Positions 9,645-21,491 of a DNA stretch of 64,000 nt are shown piece by piece (position 1 is the first letter of the stretch; the number at the start of each line of letters is the position of its first letter). Below the pieces are notes generated by a model that had not been told where the DNA came from, did no database searches, and saw nothing but the letters and a program-made list of their open reading frames with translations. Position numbers and translations under genes: made by a program. The stretch is from Planktothrix sp. GU0601_MAG3 (GTDB lineage Bacteria; Cyanobacteriota; Cyanobacteriia; Cyanobacteriales; Microcoleaceae): positions 832,001 to 896,000 of the forward strand of contig CP136572.1 in assembly GCA_035193785.1 (NCBI GenBank), written 5' to 3'.

Positions 9645-12451
9645 ATGAGAATTCCTTTAGCTACCTATCGAATTCAGTTCAATGGCGATTTTCCCTTTAA
9701 TCAGGCTAACGAGATTATTGATTACTTGTATGAATTGGGAATTTCCGACCTGTATGCGTCTCCAATTTTTAAAGCTAGAATTGGAAGCACTCACGGCTAT
9801 GATATTGTTGATCAAACTCAATTAAACCCGGAATTGGGAACCCAGGAAGACTTTGATCAATTAATAGAAAAAATCAAAAATCAGGGGATGGGATGGTTAC
9901 AGGATATTGTTCCTAATCACATGGCCTATGATAGTCAAAATAAATATTTAACCGATATATTTCAATATGGTGCTGATTCAGATTATTTAGATTTTTTTGA
10001 TATTAATTGGGAACACCCTCATCCTGACTTTAAAGGTCGAGTTTTAGCTCCCTTATTAGGAGATTTTTATGGAAATTGTTTAGAGAATAGACAACTAACG
10101 ATTTCCTACGGAGAAGAAGGGTTATGTGTCAATTACTATAACCTAAAATTCCCGCTCAAAATTGAATCCTACACCCATTTAGTTAGTTATCGGATTAAGG
10201 AATTAGAAGAACGATTAGGACGCAGACACCCGAATGTGATTAAACTTTTAGGAGTGCTTTATGTCCTCAAAAATATTCCCAATGAAACCTCCAGTCAAGA
10301 TCGGCGATCGCAAGCATTATTTGCCAAAGGATTGCTCTGGGAAACTGTATCAAGAAAACACTGATATTAAAAAAATTATTGATGAAAATATACAATATTT
10401 GAATGGAGAAACCGGAGATTCTGAAAGTTTTAACTTTTTAGATAAACTTCTCTCTGAACAATATTTTAGATTATCCTATTGGAAAGTGGGAGCAGAAGAA
10501 TTAAACTATCGACGCTTCTTTACTGTAAATGAGTTAATTAGTGTCAAGGTGGAAGATGAAAAAGTATTTAATAAAACCCATGATCTAATTTTTAAATTAG
10601 CCAGGTCGGGAAAGTTTACCGGACTTAGAATTGATCATATTGATGGACTTTATAACCCCCTGCAATACCTACAATCCATGCGAGAAAAGTTAGGTAATGT
10701 TTATCTAACCGTCGAGAAAATTTTAGAAATTGAGGAAGACTTACCGAGTTCTTGGCCGATTGAAGGAACCTCCGGTTATGAATTTTTAATTTATGTTAAT
10801 AGTTTATTTTGTCAAAGCAAAAATGAAGATCGGTTTAGCCAAATTTATCGAGATGCAACGGGTTTAGCCGTATCCTTCAAACAACTATTAATTAACAAAA
10901 AACGCTTAATTGCTAATCGTAACTTAGCCGGAGATGCCGATAATTTAGCCCAATTACTCAAGCAAATTGCCGGTCAATATCGTTACGGACGGGACTTAAC
11001 CTTACATGGATTACAAACCGCCATTTTAGAAGTATTAGTCCGCTTTCCCGTCTATCGAACCTATATTAATGAAGGACAAGTCAGTGAAGCCGATCGATAT
11101 TATGTACAGTTCGCAGTTCAAGAAGCCAAAACAAAACACCCTGAACTGATTAACGAACTCAATTTAATTGAAAAGTTTCTATTACTAGAATATGATCCAT
11201 ATTTAAGTGATGAAAATAAAAAAATGTGGCTACATTTTGTGATGAAATTCCAACAGTTTTCCGGGCCATTAACCGCAAAAGGAGTGGAAGATACCCTATT
11301 TTATGTTTATAACCGTTTTGTTTCTTTAAATGAAGTCGGTGGCGCACCTAATCAGTTTGGAATTAGTCCCGATACCCTGCATCAATTTAATAAAAAACGG
11401 GCAAAAAGTTGGCCCCATACCCTAAATACCACCTCCACCCATGATACAAAACGCAGTGAAGATTTACGCGCCCGATTAAACGTTATTTCTGAAATTCCTG
11501 ATGAATGGGAAGCACAAGTTAGAACTTGGATGGCGTTAAACCGAGAACATAAAAGCGGAACTAATGGCTGTGTTATTCCTGATGGGAATGATGAATATTT
11601 CTTGTATCAAAATTTAATTGGTTCCTACCCCTTTAATCAAGTAGAATATCCTAAATTTGTAGAACGGGTCAAACAGTTTGCGATTAAAGCCGTCCGGGAG
11701 GCAAAATTTCATACAGCTTGGTTACGTCCCGACTCGGTTTATGAGGAAGGTTATCTAGCTTTTATTGATAAAATTTTGCACCCTTCCCAGAAACAATAGG
11801 TTTTTACAAGAGTTCGGGAAATTCCAACAAAAAATAGCCTTTTATGGAATATTTAATTCCCTCTCCCAAACCTTAATTAAAATCACTAGCCCGGGTTTAC
11901 CCGACTTTTATCAAGGAACAGAACTCTGGGATTTTAGTTTAGTTGACCCGGATAATCGTCGCCCCGTTGATTATCAAAAACGGATGGAATATCTCAAGGA
12001 AATTAAAACCCGTTCTCAAAAGGATATTTTATCTTTAATTGAGGATTTAAAACAGACCCCTGAAGATGGAAGGATTAAGTTATTTTTAACAACTCAAGGA
12101 TTAGCTATTCGTAAACAATATCTGGAAGTTTATCAACAGGGAACTTACATTCCCTTAGAAGTAACGGGAGACTATGGAGAAAATATTTTAGCCTTTGGTC
12201 GCACCTATGGTCAGACGATTACTATTACCATCGTCCCCCGATTTTTAACAGGTTTAGTCGAACCAAAACAGTTTCCTTTAGGAAATAATATTTGGAAAGA
12301 TACAGCAATTAAATTACCGGAAGATTGGACAAATGATTGGCAAGAAATGATTACAAACCAAGGGATTAAAGGCAGTCATTCCTTAAATATCGGAGATATT
12401 TTAACGGTGTTTCCCGTGGCTTTATTGGGAAGTTTATCTTCAGAGAATTAA
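9645..12451 (+). CDS. treY: Malto-oligosyltrehalose synthase; 1-nt insertions at ~10343 and ~11792
   Basis: ATYRIQF, GSTHGYD, DIVPNHM, NYRRFF, LRIDHIDGL, TSTHDTKRSED and PDFYQGTE across three ORFs. Confidence 0.92.
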
Positions 12452-12470
12452 GGGAATGGGTTATAAACTG

Positions 12471-12531
12471 GTACGGGCGTTTTTTTTAAGATCTTTGTTA
12501 ATCACTTAAATCTTGATGAACCCGCCCCTAC
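12471..12531. repeat. REP doublet
   Basis: GTACGGGCG...AATCTTGATGAACCCGCCCCTAC; homologous to the copies at 5505 and 18687. Confidence 0.7.
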
Positions 12532-12628
12532 AACTGATGATTGATGGGTAATAGTTCTTAGAACTCAAATAGAATTGCTATATAATAGAATAATCAGCAG
12601 TTTGTACTGACAAAATTGAGGTAAATCC

Positions 12629-13700
12629 ATGGGATTATTTGATAATATTTTGGGTCAATTCATTGACGTTATCGAATGGCTTGACTCTACAAATGATACA
12701 ATAATCTACCGTTTTCAGCGCCATAATAACGAAATCAAACAGGGAGCGAAACTAATTGTCCGACCGGGACAACAAGCTATTTTTGTGAATGAGGGTCAAA
12801 TAGCCGATATTTTTCAACCCGGAAACCTACGAACTTTATACAAAAAACTTACCCATTTTAAGTACCCTCAAAGCATGGCCCTATGGGTTTAATTCTCCCT
12901 ATAAAGCGGAAGTTTATTTTGTCAATACCAAAACCTTTACTAACTTAAAATGGGGAACGTCTAACCCCATTCCCATGAGAGATGCAGACTTTGGAGTCGT
13001 GCGGATTCGCGCCTATGGAAACTATAGTATGCGGATTAATGAACCGGGGAATTTATTAAAAACCCTAGTAAGTACAGATGGGTTATTCCAAGTCGATGAA
13101 GTTCAAGATCATCTGCGTAATATTATCATAACAGAGTTTGCATCTTGGTTAGGAAAAGCTCAAATTCCCCTGTTAAATTTTGCTTCCCATTATGCAGATT
13201 TTGGGGAACAAGTGCGCCAAGGAATTCAACCCCAAATGCAAGAAATCGGGGTCGAACTCACCGGATTATATATTGAAAATGTTTCGGTTCCTCCTAGTGT
13301 TGAAGAAGCCATTGATAAACGGTCTTCCATGGGAATTTTAGGCAATCTTCAAGACTATGCCCAATATCAAGCCGCCAATGCTATTGAAGAATCAGCGAAA
13401 AATCCAGGTTCGGGTAACATGGGTTTAGAATTTGGGGTGGGAATGGCAATGGCACAAAAGTTAAATAATACCTTTAATACCCCGGCTTCGGCTCCGGCTT
13501 CGGCCCCTCCTCCCATTATTCAATGGTTTATTGCCCAAAATGGTCAACCCGTCGGGCCATTGACCCCAGACCAACTGCGCCAGCAGGGATTAACACGCGA
13601 TACCCTGGTTTGGCACTCGGGACTCCCCGGTTGGACAGCCGCGGCCCAAATTCCAGAATTAGCCGCAATCTTGCCGCCTCCGCCTCCCCCAGCGTTATGA
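12629..13700 (+). CDS. SPFH-domain protein (YdjI-like) with C-terminal GYF_2-like domain; insertion at ~12824
   Basis: QFIDVIEW, LIVRPGQQAIFVNEG, KWGT, RDADFG.VRIRAYG; C-terminal GPLT...TLVWHSGLPGW. Confidence 0.8.
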
Positions 13701-13713
13701 CCTAAAACAGTTT

Positions 13714-14889
13714 ATGAACACCCCGGCATCAATCCAAAATTTTCCCTGTCCGAGTTGTGGTGCACCGATGGAGTTTAACCCGGTGGGGGGAAAACTCCAA
13801 TGTAGTTATTGTGGGTCGATGGAGGAAATTCCAGAGACGGGCACAGGGGTGCAGGAACGCTCCTATACCGATTCTTTGCGTTGGGACTCTACCCCGATTG
13901 CGAGCTTATCGACAACGGCCTTAGAGGTCAAATGTACCGGGTGTGGGGCTAATATTTTGTTTGAACCCCCCTCGGTAGCCAAGAATTGTCCGTTTTGTAG
14001 TACCGCTTTAATTACCCAACCGCAAGCGGCTAATCCCACCGTGATTCCCGAGGGAATTATTCCATTTCAAATCACGGGAAAACAGGCGCGACATGAAATT
14101 CAAAAGTGGATTAAAAGTCGCTGGTTTGCCCCGTCTGCTTTGAAATACTTGGCACAACAGGAAAAAATTCATGGGATTTATTTGCCCTTTTGGACTTACG
14201 ATGCTGACACCACCAGTGACTATCGGGGGGAACGGGGAGACTATTATTATGTCACGGAAACCTACAGGGTTACGGTTACAGATTCCGAGGGAAAACAACA
14301 GGAGGAAGAACGCACCCGGGAGGTGAGACATACCCGATGGTGTCCGGCATCTGGGCGGGTAAATCGCTGGTTTGATGATATTTTAGTAGCGGCTACAAAA
14401 TCAGTGGATACTGCCTATTTAAACGGCCTAGAACCTTGGGATTTACAACCATCTTTAAGACCCTATAATGCTTCTTATTTAGCAGGATTTGAAGCCCAAC
14501 GTCCCCAAATAGGTTTAAAGGAGGGATTTGAACAGGCCAAGCAGATTATGGCGGGTCAAATTCATCAAGATGTGTGCTGTAATATTGGTGGCGATGAACA
14601 AAAAGTTGATCATATTTCAACTCGATATGAAGATATTGCTTTTAAACCAATTTTGCTTCCCGTTTGGCTCTGTTCCTATAATTATCGAAATCAAAAATAT
14701 CAAGTTTTAGTCAATGCTCGCACGGGGGAAGTACAAGGAGAACGTCCCTACAGTCAGTTAAAAATTGCTGCTGCGATGATTACAGGAATGGTAACGGCAA
14801 CCGCAATTATTTTAGCCTTTACAGTGGATTGGAGTCAGGTTAAAATTCCCCATTTTATCCAACATCAACCCACTCAAAACACTCAATAA
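13714..14889 (+). CDS. Multi-Zn-ribbon membrane-anchored protein (YdjG-like)
   Basis: Four CxxC pairs (CPSC, CSYC, CTGC, CPFC); YLPFWTYD, LLPVW and VNARTGEVQGERP; C-terminal TM helix. Confidence 0.7.
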   Translation: MNTPASIQNFPCPSCGAPMEFNPVGGKLQCSYCGSMEEIPETGTGVQERSYTDSLRWDSTPIASLSTTALEVKCTGCGANILFEPPSVAKNCPFCSTALITQPQAANPTVIPEGIIPFQITGKQARHEIQKWIKSRWFAPSALKYLAQQEKIHGIYLPFWTYDADTTSDYRGERGDYYYVTETYRVTVTDSEGKQQEEERTREVRHTRWCPASGRVNRWFDDILVAATKSVDTAYLNGLEPWDLQPSLRPYNASYLAGFEAQRPQIGLKEGFEQAKQIMAGQIHQDVCCNIGGDEQKVDHISTRYEDIAFKPILLPVWLCSYNYRNQKYQVLVNARTGEVQGERPYSQLKIAAAMITGMVTATAIILAFTVDWSQVKIPHFIQHQPTQNTQ

Positions 14890-14891
14890 TA

Positions 14892-14925
14892 GGTAATGGG
14901 TAATGGGTAATGGGTAATGGGTAAT
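14892..14925. repeat. STRR heptamer (GGTAATG) x about 5
   Basis: Direct reading. Confidence 0.8.
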
Positions 14926-14969
14926 AACAAGAGTTTGCCTCCCCGGCTCCCCCGGCTCCCCCCGCTCCC

Positions 14970-15132
14970 CAGGGCTGTTTCATTCTCAGGGAAACCAGGG
15001 TTTTGTAGGGGTAGTGCCCCCGTGCCTACCCTCCCCATCCAAGATTTGCAGGCGTTTCAGGGATTGGGGCAACCACGGGGGGATTGGGGCAACCACGGGG
15101 GGATTGCCCCTACAAAGAATGAAACAGCCCTG
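14970..15132. mobile_element. MITE with perfect 16-bp TIRs carrying a REP doublet
   Basis: CAGGGCTGTTTCATTC (14970-14985) and GAATGAAACAGCCCTG (15117-15132); inside, GTAGGGGTAG...GCCCCTAC with a 20-bp tandem duplication (15061-15100). Confidence 0.75.
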
Positions 15133-15158
15133 CCCGCCTCCCCCGCTCCCCCATTCCC

Positions 15159-18100
15159 TTAGTGAAGACTGGAGACTAATCGCTTGAGAGAAATATCTAA
15201 TAATTCCGGGCGATAATCTAAATGGTAGCCTAATTCCTGAATGATTCTTTCTAACAAATAACAATCTAACAAGACATTAAGTTCTTGTTTTCCTTGGGGT
15301 AAAAAACTATCTTGGGATGCTGTTTCTAAATAACTATTCAAGAAAGCCGCACTCACCCAACTTGACCATAATTGACCCCACTGTTTCCATCAGGGCTAAA
15401 TTCTCCGGGCGAATCATGCCATTTTTCACTTCTTCCCTTAAAGCAAAACGGGTAGCAAAATCAAAGGATTGTAACATTCCCCCGATGTCTCGCAGGGGGG
15501 AACGTTTCATCCGTCTTTCACTTAATGAGCGATAGGATTCTCCCTCAAAATCAATGATGATAAAATCCTTACCAGTATACAAGACATCGTATAAAGAATA
15601 GTTGCCATGACATCGGGTTCTTAGGGCGGTAATTTTCAAATTTAATAGGCTTTGAAACCGACCTAAAATATAGTTTTGATTGTTCAAAATATGTTGAGCT
15701 AGGGGTTGAAGTTCCGAGGGTAAGCTGTCCAGTTGTTTCCTGAATTTTAGCAAAACTTGCCCGGTTAAATTGCGAGAATATTGATAGATTGAGCGTTGAT
15801 AAAAGGTAGAAAATGGTTCCGGGGCAAAATTAGAATTATGGGGATCACTCGCTAGAACAATATGGAATTCGGCGGTGCGTTTTCCCAACAGTTCGGCATT
15901 GGTTAAATAGGAACCAATCAGGAGTAAAACTTCTTCAGGAATGGGTTGTTGATAGAGGTCAAAAAAGGAACCGGATGTGGATAAAATATCTAAATCTTGA
16001 CTAGGTTGTAGGATGACTCGATCAAAGTAATCGCGTAAACTATCTAAGGTATAATTCCAACCATTAATGGCATTGGGAATATACCCTTGAAGAACTCCTA
16101 ATGTGAGGGATTCTCCTCGGTGACGACGATATTCTAATCCCCCCAATAATGGTGTTGTATATCCTAACTGTTGTTTTTGTTCCAAAAATTGGCGTACTTC
16201 TAACTCAGGATGGATACCTTCTTCTACTCGACGGAATAGTTTAAAAAGGAAGCGATCGCCATAAACTACAAAGGAATTATCATACTCCTCTTTTAATAAA
16301 TGAGGATCTAATTTCTGCTCCAAATCCTGTTGTTTTAAGGCTGCTGTTGTGGTGGCAATTAAATTACCAAATCGACCCGCATAACGGTCAGAATTGACAA
16401 TCATTTTTAAGGGTAAACTTAAAAAATCAAGATTCTGTCCTACTTCTAATAAAATTCCGGTTTCTGTGTTCTGTTGTACCGTGGCTAAGATGAATTGGGG
16501 GGTTTCTATTTTCAGGGTTTCTGCTAACTTTTCCCCCGCATAAGCTAAAGGAACAAGATAGGTTTCTGGGAATCCTTCTGTATATTCTACTTGCAATAAA
16601 ACAATAATGGCTTGATTGTCTTGATAGGGAATGGGAATGGATTCTGTAATCTTTACAGATTGGAGAATCCGAGATTTAGAAAGAAACCAGCGACAGCGAT
16701 AGATATAGGCGGGTAAAATAGATTCTAGGCGAGTTTTTAAGTTGGGTTGGGTGAGAATTTCTTGCCAATTATTTTGAACAATAAAAGTAGGTAATTGGGC
16801 TTGAGGTCGAGGCAACAAAGCTAATTTTGGATCAAACTGGAGCATAAACCAGTAAAACCCATGGGGAGATAAACTAATAAAATAGGAGGAATCGCTAATT
16901 TTAGGGAACTCTGTTCGGCCAAAAATCTCCACGGGAACCATGCCTTTAAAGGCGGATAAATCTAAATTTACCGATTGTACAAATCGAGATAAATTAGCCA
17001 CAATTAACAGATGTTCTCCCTGATAGGTGCGGGTAAAAGCCAGAACTTTACGGTTTTCTGACTGTAGGATTTCAAAGCTTCCTCGTCCAAAGGCTTGAAA
17101 CCGTTTGCGCATGGCAATAATCCGTTTCATCCAGGATAAAAAGGAATTAGGATTACTACTTTGGGATTCGACATTAACGGCTTTATAATCGTATTCTGAA
17201 TCAAAAATTAAGGGTAAATAGAGTTTTTGTGGATTCGCCCGACTAAATCCAGCATTGCGATCGGGACTCCATTGCATGGGGGTTCTGACGCCATTGCGAT
17301 CGCCAATATAAATATTATCTCCCATGCCAATTTCATCCCCATAATAAAGTACGGGAGTTCCGGGTAAGGAGAGTAATAAACTATTCATTAATTCAATCTG
17401 ACGGCGATCATTTCCCAACAGAGGCGCCAGGCGACGGCGAATGCCTAAATTAATTCTAGCTTGGGGATCTTGAGCATAAACTTTATACATATAATCCCGA
17501 TCTTCATCCGTTACCATTTCTAAGGTTAATTCATCATGGTTTCTTAAAAATAATGCCCATTGACAGTTATCGGGAATGGCGGGGGTTTGATTTAAAATAT
17601 CAATAATTGGGAAACTATCTTCCATGCGTAATGCCATAAATAATCGAGGCATTAAGGGGAAGTGAAAATTCAGGTGACATTCATTCCCATCTCCATAATA
17701 AGCCGCCGCATCCTCCGGCCATTGGTTGGCTTCGGCGAGGAAAACTCGGTTAGCATAGTTAGTATCTAAATAACTGCGTAATTGCTTTAATAGTTTATGG
17801 GTTTCGGGTAAGTTTTCACAGTTGGTTTCCCTCCCGTTCAAAAATATAGGGAATGGCATCGAGTCGCATTCCATCTACTCCCATTTCCATCCAGAAATCT
17901 AAGACTTCTAAAATTGCAGTAATTACGTCGGGGTTATCATAATTCAAGTCCGGTTGATGGGAATAAAACCGATGCCAATAATAGGATTTTGCCACACTAT
18001 CCCAAGTCCAATTTGAGGTTTCAAAATCTTGGAAAATAATTCTGACTTCCGGGTATTTTTCCGGGGTATCACTCCAGACATAAAAATCCCGTTCTTTACT

Positions 18101-18481
18101 GCCTTTTGGTGCTAATCTTGCCCGTTGAAACCAGGGATGTTGATCGGAGGTATGATTAATGACTAATTCGACAATCACCCGAATTCCGCGATCGTGGGCG
18201 GCATTTAAAAAGGTTTTAAAATCCTCTAAATTCCCATAGATTCCATTAACATTAATATAGTCGGCAATATCATAACCATCATCTCGCAAAGGAGAAGGAA
18301 AAAAAGGCAGAATCCAGAGGGCTGTTACTCCTAAATCCTGTAAATAATCTAATTTTTCGGTTAATCCAATAAAGTCTCCAATGCCGTCCCCATTACTATC
18401 AGCAAAGGCGCGAACTGGAACTTCATAAATAATGGCATCTTTAAACCACAGGGGATCGTTGGGGAGTTTATTTTGTTGCAT
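15159..18481 (-). CDS. treS: Trehalose synthase / maltokinase fusion (TreS-Mak); insertions at ~17827 and ~15385
   Basis: [42 protein letters not shown] and [11 protein letters not shown]-terminal kinase-like RTRCHG...IIDFEGE. Confidence 0.92.
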
Positions 18482-18542
18482 TTTCTCAAATTACCTAAGA
18501 TTTTTGGTGTTTTGTTTGAATGGAGTCAATACACACTTTTCT

Positions 18543-18586
18543 ATTCTAAAATAAATAATCAGGAAAATCACCATTCTTTAGACATA
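18543..18586 (-). promoter_or_regulatory. Putative 7-2-7 box and -10 upstream of treS
   Basis: Minus strand TATGTCT-AA-AGAATGG (18586-18571), 22 nt, then TAGAAT (18548-18543). Confidence 0.45.
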
Positions 18587-18595
18587 ACTTAATAA

Positions 18596-18870
18596 TCAGT
18601 CATCAGTCATCAGTTATCATTCATCAGTCATCAGTGATCAGTTATCAGTTAAGAAGTGAACAGTTATTAATAAACAGTTATTAGTTGTAGGGGCGGGTTC
18701 ATCAAGATTTAGGTGATTAACAAAGATCTAAAAAAACCTGCTCGTACCAGTGATCAATTAAGAAATGAATAGTAGAGAGTCTATCTATTAACGGCTAACT
18801 CTTGCACTGATGACTGACTACTGATAACTTCTTAAACTGATGACTGATAACTGATCACTGATCACTGATA
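18596..18870. repeat. Inverted heptamer arrays (ATCAGTY)n / (RACTGAT)n flanking a REP doublet
   Basis: Left arm ...CAGTGATCAGTTATCAGTTAAGAAGT mirrors right arm ACTTCTTAAACTGATGACTGATAACTGATCACTG; REP doublet at 18687-18750. Confidence 0.75.
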
Positions 18871-18876
18871 AAAACT

Positions 18877-18920
18877 TGTCTCTAAAGATAGATGACAAAT
18901 ATCTCTAATCTCGTTAACGT
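18877..18920 (+). promoter_or_regulatory. Putative 7-2-7 box and -10 upstream of general stress protein gene
   Basis: TGTCTCT-AA-AGATAGA (18877-18892), 22 nt, then TAACGT (18915-18920). Confidence 0.55.
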
Positions 18921-19125
18921 AGTGATTATGGAAATTAAAAATCGTAATCAAATACCTGTAAACCTCAAATCGTTTTGAGGAGATAGGGTCACTTAAAAGA
19001 ATTATAGTGTTGATCTGTACGACGGGACTTGTCGTTTTGTTTTTAGCACTAAAACTTAATAAATTGAGTCGATCTTGTTGAAGCTACAAACACAAACAAA
19101 TAAGAGATTTTCAAGGAAGAATATT

Positions 19126-20187
19126 ATGGTCATTAGTCAGTCTGATTCTGTAGCGACTAAAAATCGGCGTGCCGTGGGTGTGTTTCCTAACCGGAGTACG
19201 GCGGAAGAAGCCCTTTATGCCTTAAGAGACTCTGGTTTTCCGATGAATCAGGTTTCCGTGATGACAAAAGACGCGATTCATGGCGAGGAAATTGCTGGAG
19301 CCGATGTCAGTGATTCTGTTTCCAAGGATCACGTTGCCAACCGAGTCGATAATAAAGCCGAAGAAGGGGTAGCTTTAGGAGTGACCACTGGGGGGGTTTT
19401 AGGTGGACTCACCGGGTTATTAGTTGGTTTAGGGAGCATTGCCATCCCCGGAGTTGGCCCGATTATGTTAGCGGGGGCCGCTGCTACGGCGATCGCAACT
19501 ACCCTAGCCGGGACAGCGATTGGGGTTGCCACCGGAGGGTTATTGGGGGGATTGATTGGCCTGGGAATTCCCGAAGCAGATGCCAAAATCTATAACGACT
19601 GCATCGGTCGCGGTGAATATTTGGTGATTGTCGATGGTAACGAGGCGGATCTTGCCCGCGCCCACCAAATTCTACAAACCCATAATATTCGGGAATACAG
19701 GGTTTATGATGCCCCCGGTCTGGCCTCCATGTCCCCGGAACACCTCAACCGAGATATTACTTTCTCCGATCCAGACCATTCCCTGCATACCAACGGCAAT
19801 AAACAGGCCATGGGTGTGTTCTCCAATCCACAGGATACCGAACAGGCGATTACTGATTTAAGAAATACGGGTTTCCCCTTACGTCAGATTCGTTTAGTCT
19901 CTCATCAACCGAAATCCCAAGGGTTTGCAGATATTGAAATGAGCGATCGCTTCGATGGCATGGGGGACGGTATCTCCACTGAACATACCAAAATCTATAA
20001 TGATCGCCTAGATCGGGGTGATTTCGTTGTGGTGGTCAGTGGTACAAAAGATGAAGTTCAACGGGTGGCACCGATTTTCCGCAATCATAAAATTGAACAA
20101 TGGCAAGTCTATGATCAAACCGAAGTTTCCGCTAATAGAAAATCGCCCAACAAAACCCTTAACTTCCCTTGGTCGCGATCGCAATAA
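19126..20187 (+). CDS. General stress protein (17M/YflT-like repeats, glycine-zipper membrane segment)
   Basis: RRAVGVF...A...LRDSGFPMNQVSV occurs twice; Gly-zipper GGVLGGLTGLLVG; GIPEADAKIY; RBS AAGGAAG before ATG 19126. Confidence 0.75.
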   Translation: MVISQSDSVATKNRRAVGVFPNRSTAEEALYALRDSGFPMNQVSVMTKDAIHGEEIAGADVSDSVSKDHVANRVDNKAEEGVALGVTTGGVLGGLTGLLVGLGSIAIPGVGPIMLAGAAATAIATTLAGTAIGVATGGLLGGLIGLGIPEADAKIYNDCIGRGEYLVIVDGNEADLARAHQILQTHNIREYRVYDAPGLASMSPEHLNRDITFSDPDHSLHTNGNKQAMGVFSNPQDTEQAITDLRNTGFPLRQIRLVSHQPKSQGFADIEMSDRFDGMGDGISTEHTKIYNDRLDRGDFVVVVSGTKDEVQRVAPIFRNHKIEQWQVYDQTEVSANRKSPNKTLNFPWSRSQ

Positions 20188-20231
20188 TTTCCCTGTTTAA
20201 AAGCCATTAATGCCCAAATTGGGAACAGCAG

Positions 20232-20323
20232 GCACAAGACCAAAGAAACAGGGTTTCTAGCCCTGATTTTGCGGATGAAATCGAGATTTCTCGTTCAGAA
20301 ACCCGGTTTCTGCGTGAGTCCTG
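20232..20323. mobile_element. Second copy of the 3720-3815 dispersed element
   Basis: GCACAAGACCAAAGAAAC...CAGAAACCCGGTTTCTGCGTGAGTCCTG matches the reverse complement of 3720-3815. Confidence 0.65.
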
Positions 20324-20373
20324 TTATTGTTCCGGTGTTCCCTACTTTATATTTTTGTTTAGGAGTTTCCATC

Positions 20374-20853
20374 ATGAAAAAATTAACCTCTTTACTCATG
20401 GGTAGTTTCTTACTACTCAGCACTATAGCCTGCGGAAATGTTGCTAAAACCAGCACGGGCGCACCGAGTGGGTCGAACCAAACCGCAGAAACCCCAACGG
20501 TAGAAAGCGCCCAAGCCGCTCAGAAAGATGCCAAAAGTGACCTGCGCCAACGTCAGCTTAATGAAGATATTCGAGCACGGGAACAACGGAATAATATAAC
20601 CGGCGGTGATGCAATTCGAGCCGATAGTGATTTAGAAAGTGAGGTGCGCTCTAAACTAGAAGCTAACTTACCTGCGAGTCAATTGACAGTTACGGCGAAA
20701 GATGGGTTAGTAACGGTATCTGGAACAGTACCCACCCAACCCCAATATGACCGCATTGATCCCTTAGCAAAAGAGATTAAAGGAGTCGGGCAGGTGGTGG
20801 TGAATGTAGCGATCGCCCCAGCCCAACCCGGGAAAGAAACTCAATCTAACTAA
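20374..20853 (+). CDS. BON-domain lipoprotein (OsmY-like)
   Basis: RBS AGGAG; MKK...LSTIAC lipobox; D..L.SEVRSKLEANL...GLVTVSGTV...IKGV BON motif. Confidence 0.85.
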   Translation: MKKLTSLLMGSFLLLSTIACGNVAKTSTGAPSGSNQTAETPTVESAQAAQKDAKSDLRQRQLNEDIRAREQRNNITGGDAIRADSDLESEVRSKLEANLPASQLTVTAKDGLVTVSGTVPTQPQYDRIDPLAKEIKGVGQVVVNVAIAPAQPGKETQSN

Positions 20854-20971
20854 AACCGAATAGAAATAGGATAATAATTCGCAACAGTCTCCAAGTAATC
20901 CCAATTAGCAAATAATAGGATTAATACACGAATTGTAATCAACATAATTTCTGTATCGTCTTAAATATTCT

Positions 20972-21003
20972 ACCCGTCTCGAATTAATTTCAAGGCGGGT
21001 TTG
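20972..21003 (+). terminator. Probable intrinsic terminator
   Basis: ACCCGTCTCGAA-TTAAT-TTCAAGGCGGGT followed by Ts. Confidence 0.5.
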
Positions 21004-21009
21004 ACTTTT

Positions 21010-21267
21010 AATGATACTTTTATCTTAGGTTATTTCTCTGAAACCTAAACAACAGAGGACTATTCTATTATTATTGATTTCCAACCGGGTCAAGACATGA
21101 TTCAATTGTTAGGAGCACCCAATCAGTATCGCCTAGAAACGGCTCCCTCCAACGCTCCCAACGGAACCGCAATTTTCCGCACTCTCAACGGCCGAGAGGA
21201 TTTGATCGGGATCGTCTCAGACTCCGTATTAAATAGCCTGGAGAGTGAGTTATTCCAGTTTGTCTGA
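21010..21267 (+). pseudogene. C-terminal remnant of an RTX-type Ca-binding secreted protein
   Basis: Translates NDTFILGYFSET*TTEDYSIIIDFQPGQDMIQLLG...GTAIFR...DLIGIV...FQFV*; internal stop, no start; not in ORF track. Confidence 0.65.
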
Positions 21268-21293
21268 AGCCAAATCGTAAAATCTTGATGGCG

Positions 21294-21323
21294 ATGTGGG
21301 GGCTAATGTTCCCACATTTTTTT
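21294..21323 (+). terminator. Intrinsic terminator
   Basis: ATGTGGGGGC-TAAT-GTTCCCACAT followed by a T run. Confidence 0.7.
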
Positions 21324-21491
21324 ATGGGGAAAAAAAGGTGTTAACGGTAATAAACACTTCCCCTCTTGCAGACGGTTTATCATGGGTTATGATGCCTTTA
21401 GCTTGGGGGTGCTATGCCTAAAATGTCTGTTGGAAAGTCCAGGATTAAGAATAAAGCCATGATCCCCGATCAATTGTTCTAACAATCACCC

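Noticed and set aside
14917..15264. Short ORFs between the Zn-ribbon gene and treS
   Set aside because: Read through STRR, MITE and REP sequence; no coding signature
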